NCBI GenBank assembly: GCA_964188305.1
Contig: OZ076889.1
Direction: 5' to 3' (one strand)
From: Podarcis bocagei
Taxonomy: Eukaryota
DNA length: 64,000 bases
Part shown: positions 50,064 to 61,494 of the stretch, piece by piece
Layout of the letters: each line of letters begins with the position of its first letter
Numbering within the stretch: the stretch's first letter is position 1
Notes under the pieces: generated by a model
Database searches by the model: none
The model's input: the letters and a program-made list of their open reading frames with translations, nothing else
Told to the model about the DNA's origin: nothing
Position numbers and translations under genes: made by a program

Positions 50064-51470
50064 ACCTAAATCATCTATTATCTGTTTCTATCTCTATAGC
50101 TATCTGTCTCAAGGTGGGCAATCCCACTGGGGATTGTCCCCCTGCTAACTTTATTGAGGACCCTGTTAACATGGACCAGGTAACCACATTCAGTGCTTAA
50201 TACGGAACCCAGAATTCATGCTCAGAAGTCTGTGCTTCCCAAAATAACAGGCTAGTGTTTTTATTTCTTTCTGAGATTGGAAAGTGTGTTGGAGCATGTG
50301 CAGAGAGCAGCATTTCCTCACTGCTGCTGAGTCAGTCTGCTCAGCCCAGTCTGCTGCCATGCAGCTGCAGGGAAGAGAGTTCTTTCTAATAGGCAGCCAG
50401 ATGTGCAAATGTGATTTGCCATGGCATGTAGTGAGCCTTGTGTATGGAGTATGTCCTATATGAACACTAAAACATTAGTTCTCAAACTACATAGGGAGGT
50501 AAAAAGAGCCTGGTCCTTTAATGGCAGCCCTTTGGCTGATGCTTTTCAAAAGTTAGGGGTGCAGGATGATTCGGCTGAAATCTGAGGGGAGGACAATGCA
50601 AAATAGGCTTCAAATATAGAAATGGCATGGAAGAAGAGAAATATGTTTATTGAACCCCAAAAGTTTCAAATATCTTCTTTAGAGGCACTTTTTGGTGCAA
50701 CCAACTTGATGCTTTAGGCTCCAGCTTTGTTAAAAAAGGTTATTGAGACCCAAGAGACAAACTGGTTGCACCTATAGTGTCCCTAAATAAGATATTAAAT
50801 AAACATTAAATATGTTTAATAAAGTTTAATAAATGGGGTTTTCTGTGCATCTGGAAGCTCCCCCCCCCTCTCAACCCCCCCCCCCCAACATTTGGAGAAG
50901 TCAGAGATAAGGTTGCATAAATGCACTGTCTGGTAAACCAATGTATTTTGAAGTCTACAGTAGTGAGGTATCAGGCAATGCAACAGATTAAATTCTTGAT
51001 TTGCATTGCTTTGTGAGGCACAAACTGCAGTTCTATACACTTCTGTGTTTACTGTGATGGAGGAAATTGCCACACAGATCCTCTTCCCTCTTTGTTCTTT
51101 TCTTGGTTTCTTTTTGCTCTGCTCTGTGTGTTGTGCTGGGACCAGTCCTGACATTTGGACAGGGCCGACAAATTTATATATTACTTCCCACTACAAAAAA
51201 TCCCAAAGCAATTTACAAGCAGAGTAAAAATGCAATCATTAAAAAAAAATGTGTAAGCATGTTAAAAACATCATAAAATCTTCATCAGTATGTTGAAAGC
51301 TACTTAAGCATGTTAAATGTTACACTTATTTCAACTTGCATTAAAATGCATAAGTGTTTGTTAAAGAGATTTCTCATCCCATAAACATTTTGTGCAGGAC
51401 AGAAGACCTTTCCGTGAAGCTGCAATAAGCAAGCAGTTGCTTGGGGCTGTAGAATCAAGAGGAGTGAGGC

Positions 51471-51479
51471 GGGGGGGGG

Positions 51480-51528
<49 letters not shown>
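51471..51528. repeat. Poly-G followed by (AG)n microsatellite
   Basis: Direct reading. Confidence 0.95.
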
Positions 51529-51530
<2 letters not shown>

Positions 51531-51867
51531 TTTAAATCTTACAAATGAGCTCCTGAAAAAGTGGGGGCGGTCATGTAGACTTTTTCTGAAATGTGATCAA
51601 GTGAGGATTGCGTGAGGCCGGTGCCGCTAGTAGTACACATGGTAGCAAGGAAATATTGTTTCTTGTTGCCCTAGAGATCTGGTCTTTAGAGAATACTTGT
51701 CAACTCCCAGTAGACAGATGAACTGCAAGTGTTTTTTATGGCCAGCTTTCGAGTGATTCATATTGCTGTAATAATATCTCAAATATTAATGGGTTTACTT
51801 CCTATCATTCTGCAGAGGGAGATGCTGTATTGTCCTGCTGGAAGGAAAAATAAGAAATAACTATATA

Positions 51868-51871
51868 GACA

Positions 51872-51926
<55 letters not shown>
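51868..51926. repeat. Compound (AC)n(AG)n microsatellite
   Basis: Direct reading. Confidence 0.95.
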
Positions 51927-51929
<3 letters not shown>

Positions 51930-53607
51930 GTAGGTGCTGCTGCCCCTGCTTGCTCTGCTTGTGAACCACGCTTACCCGTCAATCCCTTGCCAACCCTCTT
52001 TCACCACACCTGCCTAATCCCTCATCCCTTTACACCTGACCAAATCCCCTGCCTTTATACCACACCCATTTCCTTGCCTATTCCCTCACAGCTTGCCCCA
52101 ACCCCTTTTAAAGGAGGGTGGGAGGCACGGCAGAAACTCCTCTCTGAAGCACCTCTCCCCTTCTGAGAAAACTCACTCCAGCAGCATTTAATAGTGAGGG
52201 GCTGCCGTTTCAGAGTGACTTGGCAAAGTGCTTCCCTTTCCACCCCCTGTTAAACAGCTTACCTGGGCTGCCTGTCACCTGCATTGCTTGCTGGCTTTTC
52301 TGCCCACATGTCATTTTGTTGTCACACTGGAGTTGGTGTGGCCACCTGCTGGTGACCACCTGAACTACAACATGACTGCAGCCTTACATTTTTTTGTCTA
52401 TAGGAAAAAGTGTATGCATGTATTATGGTGTGCATGTATGTACATGTCTGTCTGTCTGTCTATCTATCTAGCTATCTAGCTAGATAGCTATACATGGACA
52501 GATACATGTCTACACAGAAGCAAGTCTCATTGTTTCCAATGGTGTTTACTTCCAGGAAATTATGTATAGAATAGCAGTCTTCCAGTATAATTCTATGATT
52601 ATCTAATCAGAAAGATGTCCCATTGAATTCCTTAGGGCTTACTCCCAGGTAAGTGGGTATATATATTTGCAGCCTTACATTGCAATCCAAACTTAGTAGA
52701 TCCCAGCTTGACTAAGCCTCTCCCTGCCCCAGAATTCTTGGCATGTGAAATGGGGAGCTCTGCACAGGTGAGTGATGTTGAAGCCTGTCAGGGCTGGGCC
52801 AGGGGCAGTGCATCCCATTTCACTGCCTGAGGAGAACTGGGAAGGTATTACACCCCTGTCCCCAAAGCCTGAAACCTCCCTTTCCTGGATTGTGTGGCAG
52901 CACCCCTGAAGATGCTGCTGCTTTGGGTTCTGCTGCCTGAGGCAGCTGCTTCAGCCTGTCTCATGGGTGGGCCAGATGTAGCCAGCTAAGGCTTCAACAA
53001 GCCTTTTTTCAGGCCACAGCTACAGTTCAGGTTTACTCATGTCTGTTTTGCAAATGTATGTTTTGCCTGCTCCTTCTAGTGCTATTGTATTTGGTCTTTG
53101 TTTACGGTCTTCAGTCAGTGAGATCGTTGTCCGATCACCTTGAGTCTTCCGTCAGGATGCATTGCAGGGGGTCAGACCCTTGGGCCTCTTTCAACTCTAC
53201 AATTCTTATTATTCTATGTTTCACTTCCTTTATTGCAATCTTTCCAGATCTTCAGTTCACCCATTGGTTTTCTAGATCACGACAGAAAACTAAGTAGTTG
53301 CATCTCCTGGGTAAGCTATATAGCTGCCATCTTGTCGACTGGGCCAAATCTGTGGAGTTCTTTGGGGTGGCGGCAATAGTGGGGGAATCAGCAAACTTTC
53401 TCGAAACAGAAGGAGCCCAAAATTCCCAAATGTTGGATTGGCAGGAGTTCTGCCCATGTACCTTTTCGTGACATTGCAAGATGGGAAAAAGAGAAAAGTT
53501 TTCTGTATTCAATTTCCAGTGCAGTAATAACGTGCCTGTGCTCTGCTTTTACATGTTATCAAAACGCTCCAGACACTATAGGAAGGATACAGATGCTGCA
53601 GACGGAC

Positions 53608-53805
53608 AGTGTGATGTAGTGGTTAAAGGGCTGGACTAGATCTGGGGAGACCCTGGTTCAAGCCAGCATGAATCTCGTCTTCTGCCTGTTGTTGTCCCTC
53701 AAAGCACAACCCATTTTGCAAGGTTGTTGAAAGGGTAAAAGTGGTGGTGAAAAACTGTGAGTTCTGTGGTGGAATGCAGGGATATGGATGTAAATAAATA
53801 AATAG
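53608..53805 (+). mobile_element. MIR-like CORE SINE, diverged
   Basis: AGTGTGATGTAGTGGTTAAAG..GGTTCAAG..GGTTGTTG..(TAAA)n. Confidence 0.65.
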
Positions 53806-55108
53806 ATGCATGCATGCATGGAAAGTGACTTGGCATGCCTTGGATCACAAAAAGTGTATTATTGGAAAACTTCCTTCTTTGCTGTTTTCATTGTGAACAG
53901 TTACTATAGGGGCTCTCCAAGGAATGTGCTGTTGGTTTCCTTTACATCTGGGACATCTGGACATAGTAAATCAGCACATGCAATCTGTGTGGCTCCTTTT
54001 CCTGAAGGATCTTTTAGTTAGGGACAGCTGTAGGTTCCTTCTGTCCTGAGTTGTGTCATATAACCTTGCTCTGACGGCTTCTCCATTCACTCTCCTGTGC
54101 TAATAATTCTGTTGCAGCAAATGGTATAGAAAACAGTGAAATCTAATGCTGCTCCCAGAAGGATGATCTCTTGGAATGCTGCTCTCAGGATGATCTAGGA
54201 GAAGATGGATAGACCCATGTGTTTCTGTCAGGTGCCTCCTGCCAGACAGCTAATCACACAGATGGAAACTTCAGGTAGCTTTCTCTGACCTGTGAGGACT
54301 GACCTGCAGCACAGAGTGGGAAGAAGGCGGCTTGAGAAAAGACCTCTCACCTTCCATTCTATCTGGCAGACCCCACCCTTTCACCATTGTCAGTTTCTTA
54401 ATAACGTAATTGATCAATGGTCACAGGATGGTCCATTTTGTAATGGCTGGCCATTTCAGAGGAGTAATTAATGCACTTGCATGACCCTGTATCAATGGCA
54501 GACACTTCAAAAGTACACACTCCTTTTGCTTTGAGAGATTGCATTACATGAGAATGGCCCTGTGACGTCAGGGTTCACCTCCTATGTAGGAAGGCAATGA
54601 TAAATAGAAAAGTTTTTTCCATAGCTCATTTCCTATCCACCTGTTTCTTTATCGACTAGTCACTGAGATCAGTGGTACAGTTAGGTAATGTTAGACTGGA
54701 CTAACAGCACAGAGTCAATGATCTTATGGAGACCCATTTCCTGTTTCATCAGTAAAGGTTATTACTTCCTTCAAGAAGCTGTAAGACCTAAGTTATCCCT
54801 GTTTGGGGACTCTCCCACTCATTGTGTGCCCTGGAAATCTGCCCTGAAGTCTGGCTTTGACAGCACCACTGACTGTGTTATCTACTGACTCCTATATAAA
54901 CACACACACTACATTCATTTAAAAACAAAGCTGCCTCTTTTCTCAAGTACCTGTCTCTTCTCTTTAGTGGCTTTCTTCCCCCCCCCCAATTTTTGTCCAT
55001 TCCCTTTAAAAAACAAACAAACATATTTCAATTCAGTCTGTCCATGTATAACTCTTGTTTACATTATGTGGTCACACAGCTTAGAATTATTCTGGACATA
55101 ATTAATCT

Positions 55109-55482
55109 GGAAGCGGGTGGTGCTGTGGTCTAAACCGCTGAGCCTCTTGGGCTTGCTGATCAGAAGGTTGACAGTTCGAATCTGCGCAACAGTGGTGAGC
55201 TCCTGTTGCTCTGTCCCAGCTTCTGCCAACCTAGAAATTCGAAAGCATGCCAGTGCAAGTAGATAAATAGGTACTGCTGTGGTGGGAAGGTAAATGGTGT
55301 TTCTGTGCACTCTGGTTTCCATCACGGTGTCCCGTTGTGCCCGAAGCGGTTTAGTCATTCTGGCCACATGACTCGGAAAGCTGTCTGCGGACAAACGCCG
55401 GCTCCCTCATACTGTAGCGAGATGAGAGCCATACCCCATAGTCACCTTTGACTGGTCTTAACCATCCAGGGGTCCTTTACCT
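55109..55482 (+). mobile_element. Sauria SINE, second subfamily copy
   Basis: Homologous to 41705-42063 (GCCAACCTAG..TTCGAAAGCA..GTAGATAAATAGGTAC..GGCCACATGAC..GGGGTCCTTTACC). Confidence 0.88.
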
Positions 55483-56322
55483 GCAAAACATCCTTCCTTG
55501 TGTGCAAGAATTGGATATGCCCCCATCAAATATGAAAGGTGTTCTGACTAAAGTATAGGGCTGCTTTAAATTTAAGAACAACACATATAGCCCAATCTTA
55601 TACATGTTTACTCAGAAACAAATCCTGCTGAGTTCCCCAGTAAGCATGCAGACAATTGCAGGTTTCGTTTTAGTGTATTGTGTGAGACACAAAGGGAGCA
55701 AGCAGGGGATGGATGGACATTCAGCTGAATATCTCTTGAGAATCTGACTGGTGAACGAAGGATGGTGGTAAATTGCCTGCTTACTTCTTTTGTGCCAGAA
55801 AGAGCAATCTAAAGGAGAATTGGAATCAATCCAAACTCCCACCGGAGTAGGCTGAGGTCAGAGGAGAACGTGGAAGGTTATTTTGCCTTAAAGAGTGGCT
55901 CAAGCTAATGCCCGCGAACATCTCTGCCGGCATCGATCATGAAGACGAGACCAGTTCCATTCCCTGTTCAGTTGCTTCTACTAATAAATGTCTTCTGCTT
56001 CCTCCATAAAAGTTTCACACAGTGTTTGGGTGAGAGAAAGATTAGAGACCCAGCAGAGCAAATGCCCAGAGGTAATTTCTCTAGAACCACAACAGACTTC
56101 ATCCTTCCCCCTCCCCCTCATAATGGCTTGTCTGTGTACAAGAAAAACCTTGTCTGTTTTATTGGTATCTTTTAATTCCCTTCATTGCAGCTCCTTATGT
56201 TTCTGTCTGGCTGATTTGTGTTTATAGTAAGGTGGCTTCCCATGCATCACAAAAAAGAGGATGAAAGGTGACAAAAGAGGAGACAGATTGGCATAGACTG
56301 ATGTACATATATTGATGTGTAT

Positions 56323-56494
56323 GGGGTGTTAGGGGAGGGGTAGTACCTGCCAGGCTTCTTCTGGGGTAATCTGTCCACCTTTGGTCCCCACTCTGCACTC
56401 AGCTCTCACCTGCGGCTCCTAGAAGCTGTCAGCATGTGACCATAGCCACACCCTGGGAAACAGCTTTAACTGGTCAGCTAAACCAGGTGAGAGT
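56323..56494 (+). ncRNA. HDV-like self-cleaving ribozyme fold (retroelement 5' end), partly decayed
   Basis: P1 GGGGUGU/ACACCCU (G-U first pair), P2 GCUCUCACCUG/CAGGUGAGAGU, P3 GGC/GCC, L3 starting UCC, P1.1 CC/GG and J4/2 GCUAA, all in HDV order. Confidence 0.65.
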
Positions 56495-57180
56495 AGTCGA
56501 TGTGTCTCAAACCCTCTGTGCATTAAGGACTTCCCCTTGCCTGTGAAGTCAGGCTCTGGTAGATGAGGCCAACAGATGAGGCCAACAGTGGGTCCAATGG
56601 TCAAGAAGGTGGTTTCTGCATGTGTTGTAGAGGGAAGTGAGGGGCAGATGGGGCTCATCAACCTGGGAAGGGAGCCATGTAAGAGAAGAAATACTCTGAT
56701 CCCAGATCTCTGATGCCTTGTAGTTATTTGTCAAAAAGGCTTCAGGAGTAAACCCTGAGTTAAAATCCATACCCAATGCCTTTGAGAGAAGAAAGGTCTA
56801 AGGAGTAAACCCTTCACAAATCCAGAGTGGAGCCTTTAAACGGTTGAATGGCGCCTTGTACACTTCCTTCTGACAACTCCTGGAGCCAAGCTGCTGCCAA
56901 ACGTATTGCTCTGCTTTCCTTTGGACCACATCAACGAAGCCCATTGTCTTGTTGTCTGGGCAGCTGAGGGCCTCCATACACACTGCCCAGGCTTGTGCCC
57001 TGGAGAGGTCACTTTGGTGCTGCTAAGATAGCGAAAACAATGTGGGAGGCAGCAGTTATGAGTTGCCGGTCTCTGCAGCCATGGCAGGTGCTGTGATTCT
57101 CCAGTGGTTTGATTTCCCCCTTGGAGGTGGACTCCAGTGTATCTTGAGACAGACAGATGCCAAGTATGTATGTATGTATC
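56323..57180 (+). mobile_element. Non-autonomous non-LTR retroelement (RTE-like 5'UTR derivative) with (TATG)n tail
   Basis: Appears to begin at the predicted ribozyme cleavage G and ends GAGACAGACAGATGCCAAG(TATG)n; no long ORF; clade assignment from memory. Confidence 0.55.
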
Positions 57181-57184
57181 AATC

Positions 57185-57187
<3 letters not shown>

Positions 57188-57217
<30 letters not shown>
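57188..57217. repeat. (TC)n microsatellite
   Basis: Direct reading. Confidence 0.95.
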
Positions 57218-57220
<3 letters not shown>

Positions 57221-59858
57221 TATCTATATCATCTGAAATATGTAATTAGTGGGGGAAACTGTGTGACCAGGTGATGTGCATTTTCTCAGTCTACTGTCCA
57301 GGTTCTAGCAGTTGATGGGCAACATCAAGACTCCTGTTCTTCCTTCATATGGGTCTTTGGGTGGCATTCAATGGAGCACCACAGGTTCCCATCCCATCCC
57401 ATTCTAATCCATAGCCAAACTGCTATCTGGCACTTCCTGGGCATTTCCGCAGGGCAGCATCTTGGTGTAAAGAGATGGTGCCTGGAAGACCAGTAGGATG
57501 GAGACTAAAGGAGGCTGAATGTGCTTGGTGGTTCAGGGTGGAGTTTGATGGGCAGATAGAGTCAACAAAGGAACCCTTTGAGCCAAGTAGAAAGGAACTT
57601 GTCTGCTTATGCTAGCACTTCAATCTGATATTTTACTCCTCCCTGGAGAGCCTGAGGAGGCAGCTAAAATGCCATATCAAGCCCTGAGACTTGACAAGCT
57701 TGTTGAAAGAATCCTAGGCTGCTGGGATTTGTAAAAGAAACCAATTCCTTCCCAGAGCCTTGTTTTGCCTGGGCATCGTTGGAGCTGAACGGGGTGTGGG
57801 AGACTCTGATATCTTCATCCGATTAGTCAGATCTGAAGCAATTACAACTTCATTAGCTAAATAGGCTCTTCTGTTTCCCACCCTCACCACTTCAAGGCTT
57901 TGCCCTTGGGATCCTGCTGTTAAGAGCTGCACAGAGGAAGGCTAGAGGAGTAGGAGGAGGAGAGCTGCATGGTGCTGGCCAAGATAAGGGGAGAAGAAGC
58001 ATTGCATACAGCTCATTTGTCAGGCCTGAAATGGAGAAGGGAGATCTGGGTTGAAAATGAGCTATAAGAGACATCAATTTAACATGCTTTCATATTTCCC
58101 TTCCTTTCAGAGACTCATAGTATATGGAGGTCAAGATCATAAAACACTCCAGGGGCCAGCCTTAGGTAAAAAATGAGGGGACAAACTCCGGGGACAGAGG
58201 GTGGGAGGCAGTGGTGGCAGGCCATAAAGTGAAGAGTTTAAGCAATGAAAAAGGACAATATTATAAACAGTTTAAAACAAACTACAGTCATAAGAATAGG
58301 ATGGGTCCATCTATCTGTCTGTCTGATGTGTCAAAGGGCAGCGTAAAGAGATACATCTTCAGGATTCATCATGCAAGTTGAGAGTTCCTTCTTCCATGTA
58401 ATGATTTAGATTTGCACACATTTGCATAAGGGTAAAAACAATATTTCTGAAGCAAGAAGTGTACTCTTTGTTTTTATATGACACAAAAGTTTCATAGCAA
58501 AAATCATTCTAGAAGATCATTCTACATGTGTGAGGGAAGGCAAGATGCTTCTTTTAAAAGGTCACCTACAATTTTTATATTGTACTTGTATAGAGCTTTC
58601 AAGTTTTCAAAGTGCATCAGATGCATTATCTATTTGTAATTCAGGTTTCCTATGCTTCATTTTGCAGGGGCAGGGGCAGCGGCGGCGGCTTTCTTAAGGC
58701 CATACAGTTAGTTCACAGTAGAGGTGAGATTTGAGCTAGGGACCTCCAGATTCATTGTTTATTCTCTTAGCCACTACACCAGCTCTCATAAGCATTTGCA
58801 TCAATAATATTTTTTTTCTATAGAATTAGGAATGGACACAGGTGGGGAGCCCCAGGTAGTCAATTAGTATAAGTTGCCAACAAATCATCAGAGAAAACTA
58901 AGGGTGGAATTCAGTGGGGTATGTGTGTGAGAAATGCAGTAGGACTTTCATCCCACAGACCTCCCCCCAACCTGTTCTGGGTTTCCCCCAACCCCCCAGA
59001 GTAGATTTAGGGGGCTTGAGCAATGGAGAAGGGATAAAGTCCTGTTGCATGAACAGACCTCATTCCATGAATGCCAACTACTTAGCTGAATTCTGCCCAC
59101 ACATTGGGAATCTCCATTATCCAGGAGCATATCAATTTGAGACCAGGGGTATCTAGTTGGTCAGTTAGAACAAGATTCTGGACTAGATGGGCCACTGGCT
59201 TAATTTAGTGGGGAATCTTTGTATGTTCTTGTTAGACCCTCACTATATTCATAGTCAGAGATATAAAATAGTAGGAAATGAATCTGTATTCCTTGGTGTG
59301 ATGGACACTGAGCAGTGTAATATTTTGGAATGAGAATTCTGGGATGGACAAAGTCCTTCTTTGTCTGAAGTCATGACCCAGTGTTCATTTGCCAAGCAGA
59401 GCTCAGCTCTTAGGTACAATGGGGCTGTTATCTAAGTGGATCCATGGGATGAGAAACCAAGGAGCAGGCAGAAGCTCACAGGAGCAATCAATATAAGGTC
59501 TATTTCGTAGGCTTTTACTTAGATTGTGCTATTCCTGAAATAGAGAGCAGCTGGGATCTAACTGGATTGCCTTGGGGAGTGAAATGATATTTAACTATTA
59601 TGGTAACGCGACACCCCTTGAGTGGGTTGTCATCAGCATGGATTGAATGGGGACTGGGGAGGGAGACTGCGCCTTCGGAGTGCAGATGAGAACTCCTGCC
59701 TTTTTGAAAGCATTTTGCATTCTGAGTTCTTGACAGAAAAGGCCCTCCATTCTCCCCATCTTCTAATCATCCATTGCAAGCGATCTTTTTCACATCACTG
59801 AGCAGTTCTTCAAATGAAAAGGAAGCTGTGCAGCTACTGAACAGAGAGCAGCACTTGG

Positions 59859-59884
59859 GTGTGTGTGTGTGTGTGTGTGTGTGT
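59859..59884. repeat. (GT)n microsatellite
   Basis: Direct reading. Confidence 0.95.
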
Positions 59885-61494
59885 AGGAAGAAACACCCAT
59901 AACCATTTAACAGAGCACCAGGGTCTTCCAATCTCTGGGCTGCTCCATCTGTTAATATAATTTTCCAGAAGGCAAGATTTCACTCAAACCTTCTCCGGCT
60001 CCTGTACATTTATTGGCAGCTGGCTTTGCTCCTTCCTAAATGGACGCTTGCTTATGCATCACCTATATGATTTCCCCTTGCAGTCGTTTGTCAGGTAGCA
60101 TATGCCATTTCGAAATGGCAGAAGGGCAGAGAGATGACCTAAGCAGTACAGATCGTTAGCTGCACCTCGGGAGGACAGCCTTTGAAAACCACTCTTGCAA
60201 TGTTTTCAAGCAGCAGGGTAGCTTTTGACTTTTTGTTTATCTCCCTTGTATCAAAAGGTGGTTTCACTCCATACTACCCCAGGGTGGCCAAGTGTCCTAC
60301 TTTACAGGGCATTTGAAGGCAGTGCTCTATTTGAAGGACTATCCAGTCCAAGTCCTGTTTAAAGTGAAAGAAGCATAAGAAGCAGCCTTGAAGTTGCCCA
60401 TTGACACTTAACATCTGGAAAACAAACTGAGCAGGCACAAATATCACCTGAGCACAGCCTTCCCAACAATGGTGAGCTTTACTGTATTTCTAGTTAAGTT
60501 AGAGTTATCATTTTTTTAAATTTGTGCCTAAGCATAAAAATTAACGTATACAATTTTTATGCAACTATGTCCTCTTTTTCCCCTTTCCCTTTTGATTTTG
60601 CGTAAGTGGCCACACTATACCACCCAAAGATGATGTGTGTTTCCTGGTTTGTGTACTTGCCACAGGAAACTGTAGCCCATCAGGACCTCCTTTTAGCATT
60701 CACCCATAGTAATCACTTGTTTGTAAGTGATGGATCTTACATTTTAGCGTGCACAATATCGGGCAATTTCTGATATGCCAACTTACCTTGAAGGGTTTTT
60801 GTAGGGATGTTCTGAGATGATGGGGATGAAGTACCTTGAACATTCCAGAATTATATAAGTATATATATCATCACCATTAATATTACTAGCCAACTGACAG
60901 CAAATATACAGTTAACTTTAATTTCTTCCAACCTGGTGTTGATTTTGCCAACTGGGCTTAGTAAACCAGATGCTAAAAATAAATGACGTATAACTTTTCA
61001 GAGCATTTCCATTAGAAGCCACAAAACACTACATATGGCAGAACTGTTTGATGCAGATGCATACATAGTTACAAGAAAGCTAATATTGAAAGTGTTCTGT
61101 TTTATCACTCACATTTGATTTAATAGCTTTTTGGCTTCGAGCACTGCAGAAAACAGAAGAAAAAATAGTGAGCAAAACATACCAACATTTATGCCAGCAC
61201 TGCTTTTTTTTGCATGTGAAAGTCAGCCATTTTGCATGTGAAATTTGCTAAGAAAGCATTTGCCCGTGAAACCATCTCTGCCAGCTATTTATTTAGTCTT
61301 TGCTGCTCCTTTTCAAAAAGAAACATCTTTGGCTATTTTCAGCAATGATAGCTACAGCCTGATCCCCAAGAGCCCTGTGTTCAGTGATATGAGCAAGGAA
61401 CTGATCTATCTAACCATTTCAGATTCCAGCTACCAACCTAGCTGTGGGGCCATTCTTCCTCTCTTGCGTAGGAGACAAATGAATGTCGTACTTG

